A stretch of 37,917 bases of DNA from a virus: the IMG/VR virus record IMGVR_UViG_3300045988_130903; one strand, 5' to 3'. The notes beneath the pieces were generated by a model, which was given only the letters and a program-made list of their open reading frames with translations, was not told where the DNA came from and made no database searches. Below, piece after piece: positions 16,479 to 25,546 of the stretch. The translations under genes were made by a program, and so were the position numbers. Numbering within the stretch: position 1 is the first letter of the stretch; each line of letters opens with the position of its first letter.

Positions 16479-16848
16479 TTTTATCTTCTACACTTTTAGC
16501 ACTAGAAATAACACTACTACAAGCACAACATAAATTATTTCTAACTAAAAATTGCCCTAAAGTATAGTTAGTATTAGTATTTCCATAACTTGCACAATAT
16601 CTAGTTCTAGTTCTTAATTGGTTAGAATATACAGGATTAGCATATTTATCTAATAAAGGCACGTTTCCAGCATTTGTTTGAATAAACACAGGCAAACTAT
16701 TTGTAGCCTTTAAACCACAAGCGATTATTAAATTATAATTAAAAGTATTTGCTAAATTAGTTTGAGTTATAGTTCTATTTGGTATTAGCACCACACCAGT
16801 TGAAGTTGTAGTTAAACTTGTTATATAAATTGTATTACAATTACACAT
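16468..16848 (-). CDS. Cysteine-rich, Thr/Asn-rich protein of unknown function, 126 aa
   Basis: ATG at 16848 after AAAGGAA. MCNCNTIYITS...NNLCCACSS. The track start at 16899 lies in regulatory repeats. Confidence 0.6.
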   Translation of the reverse strand: MCNCNTIYITSLTTTSTGVVLIPNRTITQTNLANTFNYNLIIACGLKATNSLPVFIQTNAGNVPLLDKYANPVYSNQLRTRTRYCASYGNTNTNYTLGQFLVRNNLCCACSSVISSAKSVEDKNAK

Positions 16849-17010
16849 ATTATCATTCCTTTCTATAATTTTGCACAATATTTTAAATATTTTGTGCATT
16901 TTTGGTCTTTTAGACCCCTATTTTGCACAAATATTGTACATTTTTACAATTATTTTTTTTAATTAGTCCACTTATAATTGGACTTTTTTATCTAAAAGTG
17001 GACTTTTTTT

Positions 17011-17040
17011 AAATAAAAAGCACAGGTTTCCCTATGCTTA
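17011..17040 (-). terminator. Terminator-like hairpin (AAGCAU-10 nt-GUGCUU plus U-rich tail) with possible alternative pairing
   Basis: Read on the minus strand after the stop at 17079. UUCCCUAU (17055-17062) can pair instead with AUAGGGAA (17028-17035). Confidence 0.4.
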
Positions 17041-17078
17041 TATCAACCTATAAAATAGGGAAGTAGTTCACTAATCTA

Positions 17079-17705
17079 CTAATAAAGTGAGTTGCAACCA
17101 CAAGTTCCTAAACCATAGTAACTAGCATAAGGGCTAGGTACAGTGTAGGCTGGAATTGGTGCTTGAGGTTTCATTGCTGAGATTATTCTTTGTTCGCTTA
17201 ATAATTGACCTTGTTCAGCAATTTTGCTATCTTTTTGTTCCATAACATAAGCATTAATTGTGTCAACTATTCTTTGAGTGTTAGCAGTTCCAGCGTTGAT
17301 TATGTCGCAAGTGTTCTTAGCGTTTTCATATCTTACGCTGTCGATGTTACGATTTGTTTCGCAGCAACAAGATTGCATTTGGTAACCTAAGTTAGCAATG
17401 CCAGTTTGTGTTGCAAATGAACTATCTTTAATAGAATTGTTTAAAGCATAAGAACTATCACAAAGCCCGTTTTCAAGACCATTCAACTTATTAATAACAT
17501 TTTGGTTATTAAATTCATTTGAAACAAAGTCTTTTGTAGCAGGTACATCATAAGAACCACCACGACTACCACCAAAGCCAAAGCCATTTCCTCCCCATGC
17601 TAATAGGAAGAATAAGAATATAGCCCAAACTCCATTACCACCAAACATTCCGTCATTATCTTTTAATAATGCTAAATCTCCAGCAGAAAGTCCTGTTCCG
17701 TTCAT
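17079..17705 (-). CDS. Membrane-anchored Gly-rich / Cys-rich protein of unknown function, 208 aa
   Basis: GGNGVWAIFLFFLLAWGGNGFGFGGSRGG (TM flanked by Gly repeats); later SCCCETN, NTCD, GTCGCNSLY. Strong RBS AAGGAGG. Confidence 0.65.
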   Translation of the reverse strand: MNGTGLSAGDLALLKDNDGMFGGNGVWAIFLFFLLAWGGNGFGFGGSRGGSYDVPATKDFVSNEFNNQNVINKLNGLENGLCDSSYALNNSIKDSSFATQTGIANLGYQMQSCCCETNRNIDSVRYENAKNTCDIINAGTANTQRIVDTINAYVMEQKDSKIAEQGQLLSEQRIISAMKPQAPIPAYTVPSPYASYYGLGTCGCNSLY

Positions 17706-17804
17706 AAACTACCTCCTTTCTCTATAACTCATTATACTAGGCTAATAAGTTTATTGAGATGTTCTAATACCTAGTTATTAAAGCACCTCAATAAGCCTAT
17801 TGGC

Positions 17805-18035
17805 TTATATATTTATTCCATAACTATTAGCCATTTTTCTAACTTCATCAACACTAACACCTTTTTGTTTAGCAATTTGATTAATAACTTCTTGTTTATT
17901 TCCATTTTGACTAAGTTGCTGTGCCATTTGCCACGCATTATTTAGTTGTGGATTTTGTTTTATTAAGTTTTCCACCATTGCCATTTTGTTCGGTGCTTTC
18001 ATTATCTGCATAAACATTGCCATTTGATTGTTCAT
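17805..18035 (-). CDS. Gln/Asn/Met-rich small protein, 76 aa
   Basis: ORF track; AAAGGA lies 9 nt before the ATG. Overlaps the upstream ORF by 98 nt in another frame. Confidence 0.5.
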   Translation of the reverse strand: MNNQMAMFMQIMKAPNKMAMVENLIKQNPQLNNAWQMAQQLSQNGNKQEVINQIAKQKGVSVDEVRKMANSYGINI

Positions 18036-18342
18036 TTGTTATCATTCCTTTCAATTCACTAATTTGTTTCTCTAATTCTTCAATTTTTTCATCTTTTTCA
18101 TCTTTTGGTAAGACAAGCCCATAGGTTGTTATTGTTCCGTCAATATCCTTTATTTTTAATTCCTTTTTAAACAGGTCTATAAAGGCTGTTTTATGATTGA
18201 CAAACATTTCCTCTACCTTTTCATCTTTCTTTAAAAATTGAGCCATAAATAAGTTATTTAAAGGCATTTGAGTATTGATTATATTTTGAATTGGTTGTTG
18301 TTGATTTTCTCTAAAATTATTAAAATATGGATTACCATACAT
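17938..18342 (-). CDS. Hypothetical coiled-coil protein, ~134 aa
   Basis: ORF track. ATG at 18342 (MYGNPYF...) after GAAAGG. Confidence 0.5.
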   Translation of the reverse strand: MYGNPYFNNFRENQQQPIQNIINTQMPLNNLFMAQFLKKDEKVEEMFVNHKTAFIDLFKKELKIKDIDGTITTYGLVLPKDEKDEKIEELEKQISELKGMITNEQSNGNVYADNESTEQNGNGGKLNKTKSTTK

Positions 18343-18443
18343 AAATATCACTACCTTTCAATGAAAAAGAGAAATAGCAAGCCATAATCGTTTTAAGATT
18401 TATTTTAAACTATTCCTCTCCTTTCTTAACTAAATTATATAAC

Positions 18444-18473
18444 AAAAAAGAAAGCCATTTTTATTGACTTTCT
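18444..18473 (-). terminator. Terminator-like hairpin (AGAAAG-13 nt-CUUUCU plus U run)
   Basis: Read on the minus strand after the stop at 18483. The large loop makes it weak. Confidence 0.35.
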
Positions 18474-18482
18474 ATGTGTATT

Positions 18483-18677
18483 TTATAAAATTTTTTTAAT
18501 TTTTTTCTTTAATTTTCTAATCATAACATCAAGAGTAGGTTCACTAACATTAAGTTCCATTGCAATTTTAGTTCTTGTCGTACCTTTAATTTTCATTTCA
18601 AGAAGTTTACAATATTCTTCATTAAGCATACATTCATCGCATATTTTTAGATATTCCGTTTTACTGAAATCAAACAT
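18483..18677 (-). CDS. Sigma-70 region-4-like HTH protein, 64 aa (candidate transcription regulator)
   Basis: TRTKIAMELNVSEPTLDVMIRKLKKKI resembles a region 4 / LuxR-type HTH. Confidence 0.55.
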   Translation of the reverse strand: MFDFSKTEYLKICDECMLNEEYCKLLEMKIKGTTRTKIAMELNVSEPTLDVMIRKLKKKIKKIL

Positions 18678-18796
18678 TACTTATTTCCCATAAATTTACC
18701 ACAAGTCTTACATCTTCTGCGACCTTTGCTATCTTTTTTTGTTTTAGATTTACGATATTTTGTTATACGAATTCTAGTTAATTTGATTTTTCCCAT
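18677..18796 (-). CDS. Very basic 39-aa peptide with a CxxC pair (below track cutoff)
   Basis: Hand translation MGKIKLTRIRITKYRKSKTKKDSKGRRRCKTCGKFMGNK. TAATG coupling to the regulator gene. Confidence 0.35.
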   Translation of the reverse strand: MGKIKLTRIRITKYRKSKTKKDSKGRRRCKTCGKFMGNK

Positions 18797-18886
18797 ACAT
18801 CATCACCAATTTTAATATGTGAATTGTCAATTGCTTCTACATTATCTATATCAATAGTGTCTGTTTCGGTGCTTACACCAAAATCG

Positions 18887-19066
18887 TTAAGCAAATATAT
18901 AGTATAAACCTAACAAGCAAGTAAACATTCCTAAAATTACTAATATTATAATAAATTGTCTTTTATTTTGTTTCTTTTGGTCTTTTAAAAGTTCCATTGC
19001 GAATGAATGCTCTTGCATTTCTTCTACTTCTTTTTCCAACTCTAACACTTCCTCTTTTAAATCCAT
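18887..19066 (-). CDS. Coiled-coil protein with C-terminal TM (XhlA-like topology), 59 aa (below track cutoff)
   Basis: Hand translation MDLKEEVLELEKEVEEMQEHSFAMELLKDQKKQNKRQFIIILVILGMFTCLLGLYYIFA. RBS AGAGGAGG. Replaces track ORF 18963-19148. Confidence 0.55.
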   Translation of the reverse strand: MDLKEEVLELEKEVEEMQEHSFAMELLKDQKKQNKRQFIIILVILGMFTCLLGLYYIFA

Positions 19067-19068
19067 TT

Positions 19069-19329
19069 TTATCCTCCTCTATGATATATTGCAACGTGTT
19101 TTTCCATTTCTTCTCTAACAATTTTTTTTGTTTCATTTTCAAAAACATCTAATTTTGCTTCGATTTTATCTAATTTTTTCATAATGGTAGATAATGTGTT
19201 ATCTAATTTTCCTTTTTCATATTGTTCTTTAGCAATATCTTTATTTGATTTTAATTTTTTATTATCGAAAAATGTAGTTACCGAAATAATCGAGCCTATA
19301 ATTGCTATTGCGAATGTAATATATTGCAT
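19069..19329 (-). CDS. N-terminal TM plus coiled-coil protein, 86 aa
   Basis: ITFAIAIIGSIISVTTFF, then a heptad-like region. Confidence 0.55.
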   Translation of the reverse strand: MQYITFAIAIIGSIISVTTFFDNKKLKSNKDIAKEQYEKGKLDNTLSTIMKKLDKIEAKLDVFENETKKIVREEMEKHVAIYHRGG

Positions 19330-19349
19330 AACATCTTCCTCTCTATAAA

Positions 19350-19378
19350 ATTTTACACTTTATTATATTATTTGTCAA
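19350..19378 (-). promoter_or_regulatory. Promoter TTGACA-17-TAAAAT
   Basis: Minus strand reads TTGACAAATAATATAATAAAGTGTAAAAT, immediately after the fibre gene stop. Confidence 0.5.
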
Positions 19379-19383
19379 ATTTA

Positions 19384-20628
19384 TTAATTTTGCGTTTCAT
19401 TAACCCATGTTAGGGTACCATTTATATTTTTTAATATTTGTGTTTTAGTTTCATCATAACCTGTATAAGTCTTGTATAAATCGCTTTTAGGAGCTAATGA
19501 TTCCCATTTTTGTTCAGTTGCATTTCCTCTTACTAAATCATAATTATTGCCTACTGTGTAAACATCATTTTCATTAATATCACTAGGTGTAGTAGTTACA
19601 AATGAAGTATTTCCATTTTCATCGAATGCTAACATTTTATAACCTTCATTATAGAAAAAGTCATTTAATTCCAATGTGTTGTATTGATAGCTTGTAATAT
19701 TAGGATTTTTTTTAAATTTTAAATTATGCCCAATATTACTAAACATACTTAACGCTTTAAATAAATCATTCCATCCAGTATCTTTATATACCCATCCGGG
19801 TTTACTCATAGTTGTATTTGAACTTGTACTTGTTCCATCTTCATAATTAATTATATTTATATTAGAAACCTTACAAGGCTTACTTGTAGAAGCATTAATA
19901 TGAACATACATTGTTACGCAAGCACTATAACCGCTTGTAGGTGCAAAATATATAGCATCTATTATTTCCGGGTAATTAGTTTCTAACATAAAGGCATAAT
20001 TGACTTTATCAAACCACATCCCTAAATAATAATCATAATTTATGGCTCTAGCATTTTCGATTTTTTCTTTTCGAGTTGTATCATTACTAATTATATTATT
20101 AGCAAACTCAGTCCCTATTGAATTGCTAGGGCTAATAAGTGTACCACTTACTTGTCCAGCGGTTGGCAAATCTTCTTTTGAATTAACGTGTCCTTTATAT
20201 TTTAATCTTTTACTTAATTCATCATAAACAACTTTAGCACTAGGATATTGAACATTAGTTGAATTGCCATCTAGTGAAGTCACTTTATTTGCTTTATCTT
20301 CTTTGCCACTTATGTCTTGATGTTCGATTAAATAACCAACGTCATTTTCAAAAGCACTTATATTGATTGGAATTGTTGGGATACTAGGTTTGTTACTTAA
20401 ATCATTATAATCGCCGCTAAAGTCACTTTTATTGTTCCAATTGGTTATATCATTTTTGGTAATTCCACTCGCCGCACTCGAGGTAAATATTGGGTCGGTT
20501 TCGGTTGGAACCAAATTTTTATATTTTATTTTTTTTGTTTCCATTTTCCTCGTATCAACAATTGGTAAAAAATCATCCATATAAGGGTATTGTAATTCTG
20601 ATAATTCACTTATTTTAATATTTGTCAT
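19384..20628 (-). CDS. Tail fibre / receptor-binding protein
   Basis: ATG at 20628 after AAAGGAGG. MTNIKISELSEL... N-terminus and its position after the tail-tip protein. Confidence 0.65.
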   Translation of the reverse strand: MTNIKISELSELQYPYMDDFLPIVDTRKMETKKIKYKNLVPTETDPIFTSSAASGITKNDITNWNNKSDFSGDYNDLSNKPSIPTIPINISAFENDVGYLIEHQDISGKEDKANKVTSLDGNSTNVQYPSAKVVYDELSKRLKYKGHVNSKEDLPTAGQVSGTLISPSNSIGTEFANNIISNDTTRKEKIENARAINYDYYLGMWFDKVNYAFMLETNYPEIIDAIYFAPTSGYSACVTMYVHINASTSKPCKVSNINIINYEDGTSTSSNTTMSKPGWVYKDTGWNDLFKALSMFSNIGHNLKFKKNPNITSYQYNTLELNDFFYNEGYKMLAFDENGNTSFVTTTPSDINENDVYTVGNNYDLVRGNATEQKWESLAPKSDLYKTYTGYDETKTQILKNINGTLTWVNETQN

Positions 20629-20639
20629 TTTTTCCTCCT

Positions 20640-22670
20640 TTATTTCCATCTTCCTATTGCTGTCCACATTATCTCTCTTTCATAATTTTTTTGAGTTGTC
20701 TGTAGTGAAATTCTTGCTTGAGTTTTTGATTGTGGCACCGCATAAGTATTACATATATAATTCATATTTTCGTGGCGTACTTCACTTGTCATTTGAATTT
20801 TTTGTACATCCACATTAGAAAATTCAAATGGAAAATTTATATAAGTATCTGCACAATAATATGTTAATCCCCCAGATGTTTTTTGTTCGTTAGATGTGAG
20901 TCTTACTATACCTCTACATATCATAGTTCCATCATAGAATTTTACATATTCACCATCATTATTACTTCCACTTTCAACAATTGGATTACCACTTATCAAA
21001 ATATTTTCGGAATTTAAATTTTTTATAAAACCCCCATCTATTCCAAATCTAACACCATTTTTATCGTTTGTTTCATCATATATTACAAATGTGTTGTATC
21101 CATCATAACTATTAATTTTAAGTTTACCAACTCTAGTTGATGGATTTGTTCCTAATACTATCTTTTGTACAAGCAACAAATCGTTTATGTCTAAAATTCC
21201 ATTTCCGTTAGCATCATAATATTCTAGTTGTGCTTTAGTAGGTGTTGTACCATCTACAAGAATTTGTTTCAAGATATTAACATCTTCTTGAGTATAATTT
21301 CTTTCCCAAGTTATATTAGAGTCAACAAACATACTACCTTTATCGTCAATTTTAAAACTATCATTAATTGAGGTATACCCCTCTAATATAATATTTTTTG
21401 CTTTAACTTGAAATATAGAACCCCCATCAGCATCTGCCCCAAGACTAACCAGTGTAATTTCACCGTTGCTATTAACCTTTAATACAATTTGTGCGTTTGC
21501 TTTATCAAGATTGATAACAGCGTTGTTTAATTTGTTTTGATTTTTGTCAACTGCAACATAATCATTAACATTGTTTTCAGGCTTATCAGCATAACATTTT
21601 TCACTTATTCCTACATTTATTTTTATTTCATCGTTTAACATTAAAGTTGAATATTTATTATCGTTTATTTTAATGCTAAACCTATCTAAAGGTTCATAAA
21701 TAAGTAGACCATTTGTATCAATATCATAAATATAATATTCCAAACCATTTATTTTTTCAAACATATTGTCAATAAAATCATCACTATTATTTAATAAAAT
21801 ATAATTATCATTAAATTTAATTTCTGTTTTACCATTTTGCTCTATCGAATTCTCATCAATTCTATTATTTAAAGTAACATTATCATTTGTAGTAATTAAA
21901 ATTGCGTTTACCACTCCAAATTTTTCTTTTATTTCGACATTTATGTTTTTTAAATTATCTTCATCTATTATGCTATCATTTTCAGTTGATTTTTCTATAT
22001 ATTTTATTTTTAATTTTTCGTTTTTGTCAAACAAAATGTTACCAACAACAACTTGTGAAATATTGTCTAAAATATCTCGATAAGTTAAGTTAAGATTGTT
22101 AAATAAATCTTTATCTAAAACTTTGTCATAATTTATAAAATTATCTAATTCATAATTCCAACCAAATTTTTGACATATTTTAATTAAAAAATCTTTTATT
22201 GTTATTGGGTATGTAATGTTAAATGTTTCTGTTTCATAGAGTATCATACTTTCATACATTTTATCATAAGCAAGTATTGAATAACTTTTGGTGTTGGCAT
22301 TATACACACTTTCTTTTGTGTAAAAATAACCCAAATCAACATATTCAAAATCATTTTCAACTTTTACACCAACTTTAATGTTTATTTTGGTTTTAGATGG
22401 TATGTTTTCTCTTGAATTAATTTCTAGTTGCTTACAAACACTTTTAAATAAATCTGTATTAAATGTTCTTACTACTGATAAAAGATTATCTTCTGATATT
22501 TGGTAATCGTTATTTTCAATTGCCAATAAATCGTTTAATTCGGTTACAATATTTTCATTTAATTCAGTTGCTAATATATAGTTTACACCTTTTAGTTTAT
22601 AACTTATTATAGTATTCAATTCATTTTCTTTCTTTAAATTTTGATTAAATTTTTCACTAACCACTTCCAT
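20640..22670 (-). CDS. Tail-tip (Tal-like) structural protein with one dockerin/EF-hand-like segment
   Basis: 676 aa, downstream of the tape measure and Dit-like gene. DANGNGILDINDLLLVQKIVLG at residues 486-507. Confidence 0.65.
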   Translation of the reverse strand: MEVVSEKFNQNLKKENELNTIISYKLKGVNYILATELNENIVTELNDLLAIENNDYQISEDNLLSVVRTFNTDLFKSVCKQLEINSRENIPSKTKINIKVGVKVENDFEYVDLGYFYTKESVYNANTKSYSILAYDKMYESMILYETETFNITYPITIKDFLIKICQKFGWNYELDNFINYDKVLDKDLFNNLNLTYRDILDNISQVVVGNILFDKNEKLKIKYIEKSTENDSIIDEDNLKNINVEIKEKFGVVNAILITTNDNVTLNNRIDENSIEQNGKTEIKFNDNYILLNNSDDFIDNMFEKINGLEYYIYDIDTNGLLIYEPLDRFSIKINDNKYSTLMLNDEIKINVGISEKCYADKPENNVNDYVAVDKNQNKLNNAVINLDKANAQIVLKVNSNGEITLVSLGADADGGSIFQVKAKNIILEGYTSINDSFKIDDKGSMFVDSNITWERNYTQEDVNILKQILVDGTTPTKAQLEYYDANGNGILDINDLLLVQKIVLGTNPSTRVGKLKINSYDGYNTFVIYDETNDKNGVRFGIDGGFIKNLNSENILISGNPIVESGSNNDGEYVKFYDGTMICRGIVRLTSNEQKTSGGLTYYCADTYINFPFEFSNVDVQKIQMTSEVRHENMNYICNTYAVPQSKTQARISLQTTQKNYEREIMWTAIGRWK

Positions 22671-22681
22671 ATCATCATCTC

Positions 22682-23056
22682 CTAAATTTTTTTGTTTCCA
22701 ACAAAATCAAATGAAAAACCATCTTTTTTATTAATCCCAGTAAATCTAACAACAAAATCTCCTTTGTGTGTGTTTATTGTTTTTCGCGTGCCATCAGGGT
22801 CATCATAAATTATTGTTTGCGTTGTTGTTCTAAAAATTTTATTAGTCAATATTTTTAGATTTTCTATACTTAATGATTTGGCAAATTTAACTGTTATTTT
22901 AGGATAAGTCCCTTTAAAAGTACCAACAAAATTTCCACTTAAAGAATTATAGCCGGTGTTTGATGACCAAGTATCAAAATAACTAAAGATTGCTTCCGTT
23001 ATATAATTACCCATATTTAAACCATTAATTATTAAACTATCTTTATTTATATACAT
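22682..23056 (-). CDS. Small distal-tail (Dit-position) protein, 124 aa
   Basis: Assigned by position directly after the tape measure. Confidence 0.45.
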   Translation of the reverse strand: MYINKDSLIINGLNMGNYITEAIFSYFDTWSSNTGYNSLSGNFVGTFKGTYPKITVKFAKSLSIENLKILTNKIFRTTTQTIIYDDPDGTRKTINTHKGDFVVRFTGINKKDGFSFDFVGNKKI

Positions 23057-23067
23057 AAAATCCCCCC

Positions 23068-24972
23068 CTATTTGTTTGTTGCAAAATTAATTCTTTCCTT
23101 TGTTTTTTCTATTTCTCTTTGTATTAATCTTCCATCTAAATACACATTTACCGGTGAACCACCATTATTACTATATTGTCCAATTAAACTTGCTAATCTT
23201 GACAAATAATCTTCTCTTTCAGGCAATACATATTCGTTATATCCGGCTTCACCGATTAAGGTTTGTGTAGGTTGCGTTACAATTCCACCGTGTGCAAAAC
23301 CCAACGCTTTTCGTTGTTGTGAAGTAACCGATTTTATAAGAGTACCCAAAATAGGTATTTTATTTGTTTTATTTTCTATAAAATCAAACAAGTTTTTTAT
23401 CTTTTCTTTTCCTTCTTTTGTATCAACGATTGTTTTAATTTTAATTTTAAACTCATCAGCATTTATTCTTTTTAATTTTGTTTCTATATCGCTTGTATCA
23501 ATACCTAAATTTTCCATAACTTTAAGTGAATCTTCTAATGTTTTTTTATATTTTTTTGTTTCATCATTTGTTAACACCCCCCTTTGATAAAGGACATCAT
23601 ATCCATCTATCATTTTTTTTATTCTTTTAACAATTAATTGTGCATTTTCATTGTATTTATATATAAAAATGCCTTTGCTTTTTAAGTTATCAAGTTGATT
23701 TATTAAAAGTTTGCTTTCTTCTTCGTAAGAAAATACTGTTGCATCTCTTTTTTGCCCAATTAATTCTTCTTTTTCTAGCAATTCTTGTATTAAATCTCGA
23801 ACTTTCTCTGCTCTGTTGTAATTATCTACTTGCATTTCGTAATTGTTCTTTTCCATCTCTTTTAATTCTTTATATGCTTTAACAGTTTTTGCTATATCAA
23901 TTCCTGCTAAAGTTGCCAAACTTGCAGCCAACAATCCGACTGCTGTAGTTATTCCGACAATTCCACCAGCACTAGCACTACCTATCAATGTAGCAATATT
24001 TCCCACTATTTTTCCGATAGCAACAGTGCCAAAGACAGTTCCCAAAACAATTCCTAAATTTTTAACAAGGGATTGATTTTCTTTTAACCAAGTAGCCATG
24101 TCTTGTAGTTTTTTTACAATTCCATTATTAAGTTCAGGAATTTTTATTAAGCCACTTGTATCAATTCCATTTGATGAACTTGTAGTATCCTGTTGTTTTC
24201 TAATAACATCAAAATCATAATTTTGTACTTCTTTATTTAATTGTTTTTGTGATTTGGCTTGTTTTTCTAATGCTCTAGCATTTGCGTTTGCGATATAATC
24301 TGTACCAGTTAAGGCTTTTACAAATTCGTTTAGATAACCAAGTCCCTTTAATAATACATCACTTATTTTTTCAATTATTGGTGATAGGAAACTTCCTAAA
24401 CCAACCCATACACTTTGTAACTTGTTTGCTATTTCTTCATTTTGTGAAAGATAAGCGGAACTTGCTTTTGAAACAGCCGCAAATATTGAACCAACACTCA
24501 ACATAGATAAAGCCAACCTTTTCATTTTGTTTGCTGTTTTATTAATATTTTTATTGTATTTTAATAATGTTCTATTACTATTATTAGTTTTATCGTTCAC
24601 TCCATCCCAACCACTTTTTAAATCTTTCATATCAGTTGCAACCCATTCGAGATTACCTTTTATATTTTTTATATTGCCATCTATACCCTCTAGTTGAACT
24701 TTTGCATTATTTAAGTTAGAAATGGTTTGAGGATTAAATTCAATGTTTTTTATTTGGCTTAAACCAGCTTGAAAACTCTTATTGCTTAAATCAGCAAACT
24801 TATTTTTTAACCTTTCTAATTGTGCTTCGATTTGTGTAGTATCAGCATTAATACTTTTTTCTTCTGATAATTTTCGCTCTAGTTCTTGGACTTGTTTGTC
24901 GACTTCATCTATTTGTTTATCAAATTTTTTGGTTTCTAGTATTGTTTCGATAACAACTTTTCCATTTGCCAT
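23068..24972 (-). CDS. Tail tape measure protein
   Basis: 634 aa. Coiled-coil N-terminus; Gly/Ala/Ile hydrophobic block (GIVLGTVFGTVAIGKIVGNIATLIGSASAGG). Lies after the two chaperone ORFs. Confidence 0.85.
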   Translation of the reverse strand: MANGKVVIETILETKKFDKQIDEVDKQVQELERKLSEEKSINADTTQIEAQLERLKNKFADLSNKSFQAGLSQIKNIEFNPQTISNLNNAKVQLEGIDGNIKNIKGNLEWVATDMKDLKSGWDGVNDKTNNSNRTLLKYNKNINKTANKMKRLALSMLSVGSIFAAVSKASSAYLSQNEEIANKLQSVWVGLGSFLSPIIEKISDVLLKGLGYLNEFVKALTGTDYIANANARALEKQAKSQKQLNKEVQNYDFDVIRKQQDTTSSSNGIDTSGLIKIPELNNGIVKKLQDMATWLKENQSLVKNLGIVLGTVFGTVAIGKIVGNIATLIGSASAGGIVGITTAVGLLAASLATLAGIDIAKTVKAYKELKEMEKNNYEMQVDNYNRAEKVRDLIQELLEKEELIGQKRDATVFSYEEESKLLINQLDNLKSKGIFIYKYNENAQLIVKRIKKMIDGYDVLYQRGVLTNDETKKYKKTLEDSLKVMENLGIDTSDIETKLKRINADEFKIKIKTIVDTKEGKEKIKNLFDFIENKTNKIPILGTLIKSVTSQQRKALGFAHGGIVTQPTQTLIGEAGYNEYVLPEREDYLSRLASLIGQYSNNGGSPVNVYLDGRLIQREIEKTKERINFATNK

Positions 24973-24973
24973 A

Positions 24974-25546
24974 TTATTCACCTCCAATTATTTTATTCCA
25001 AAATTTATCAATTTCTTCCTCTTCTTTGGTTTTTATGTGCGTTTCTTTTAAAGCAACACTTTTTTTCATTTCAATCATTTTATTTTTTTGTTTTTCATCA
25101 TTAATTTCATTTAAGTCAAAGTTTCTAACATATCTTATTCTGTTTATGCAAGTTTCTTCTGTAAGACCACTTATAAGTTCATTATATTCATACCAATGTA
25201 AATAATCTAACTTACTTATATCTAAATTATTATAGCATTGTCTTATACTTGTTTTAACTTCAATCTCATCTTGTAAATAATCAAAATCTTTTTCTTCTTC
25301 GGTTGTATTTTCTTTTTTTCCACATCTTAAATATAATTCAATTTTTTCTTTTAAAATCAACTCGTCTTGTTCCAAAACTTCTGTTCCAAGTAAAAGTGTT
25401 TCAACGGCATAAAACCTTTCTAAATTGCTTATTTCAGCATCATTTATGGCTCTAAAACAAGCAAGAGCAACTCTATAATCAGTATTTATTGGGTAAATAT
25501 GTCCATTCGCCTCCATTTTTGTTGGGTACATATTACAACACGTCAC
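24974..25546 (-). CDS. Gp15-like tail assembly protein
   Basis: YPINTDYRVALACFRAINDAE... pattern and position. No obvious SD; GTG start in the track. Confidence 0.55.
   Translation of the reverse strand: MTCCNMYPTKMEANGHIYPINTDYRVALACFRAINDAEISNLERFYAVETLLLGTEVLEQDELILKEKIELYLRCGKKENTTEEEKDFDYLQDEIEVKTSIRQCYNNLDISKLDYLHWYEYNELISGLTEETCINRIRYVRNFDLNEINDEKQKNKMIEMKKSVALKETHIKTKEEEEIDKFWNKIIGGE

Noticed and set aside
17805-18351. Frameshift fusion of the overlapping 137-aa and 76-aa ORFs
   Set aside because: The second ORF is in the +1 frame and has its own AAAGGA RBS 9 nt before its ATG. There is no slippery site in the 98-nt overlap. Independent initiation is the simpler explanation.
18963-19148. 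61-aa minus-strand ORF (MFLKMKQKKLLEKK...)
   Set aside because: It overlaps 19069-19329 by 80 nt and has no RBS. A different frame gives a 59-aa coiled-coil/TM protein (18887-19066) with a strong AGAGGAGG RBS placed right after the upstream stop, which is the better model.
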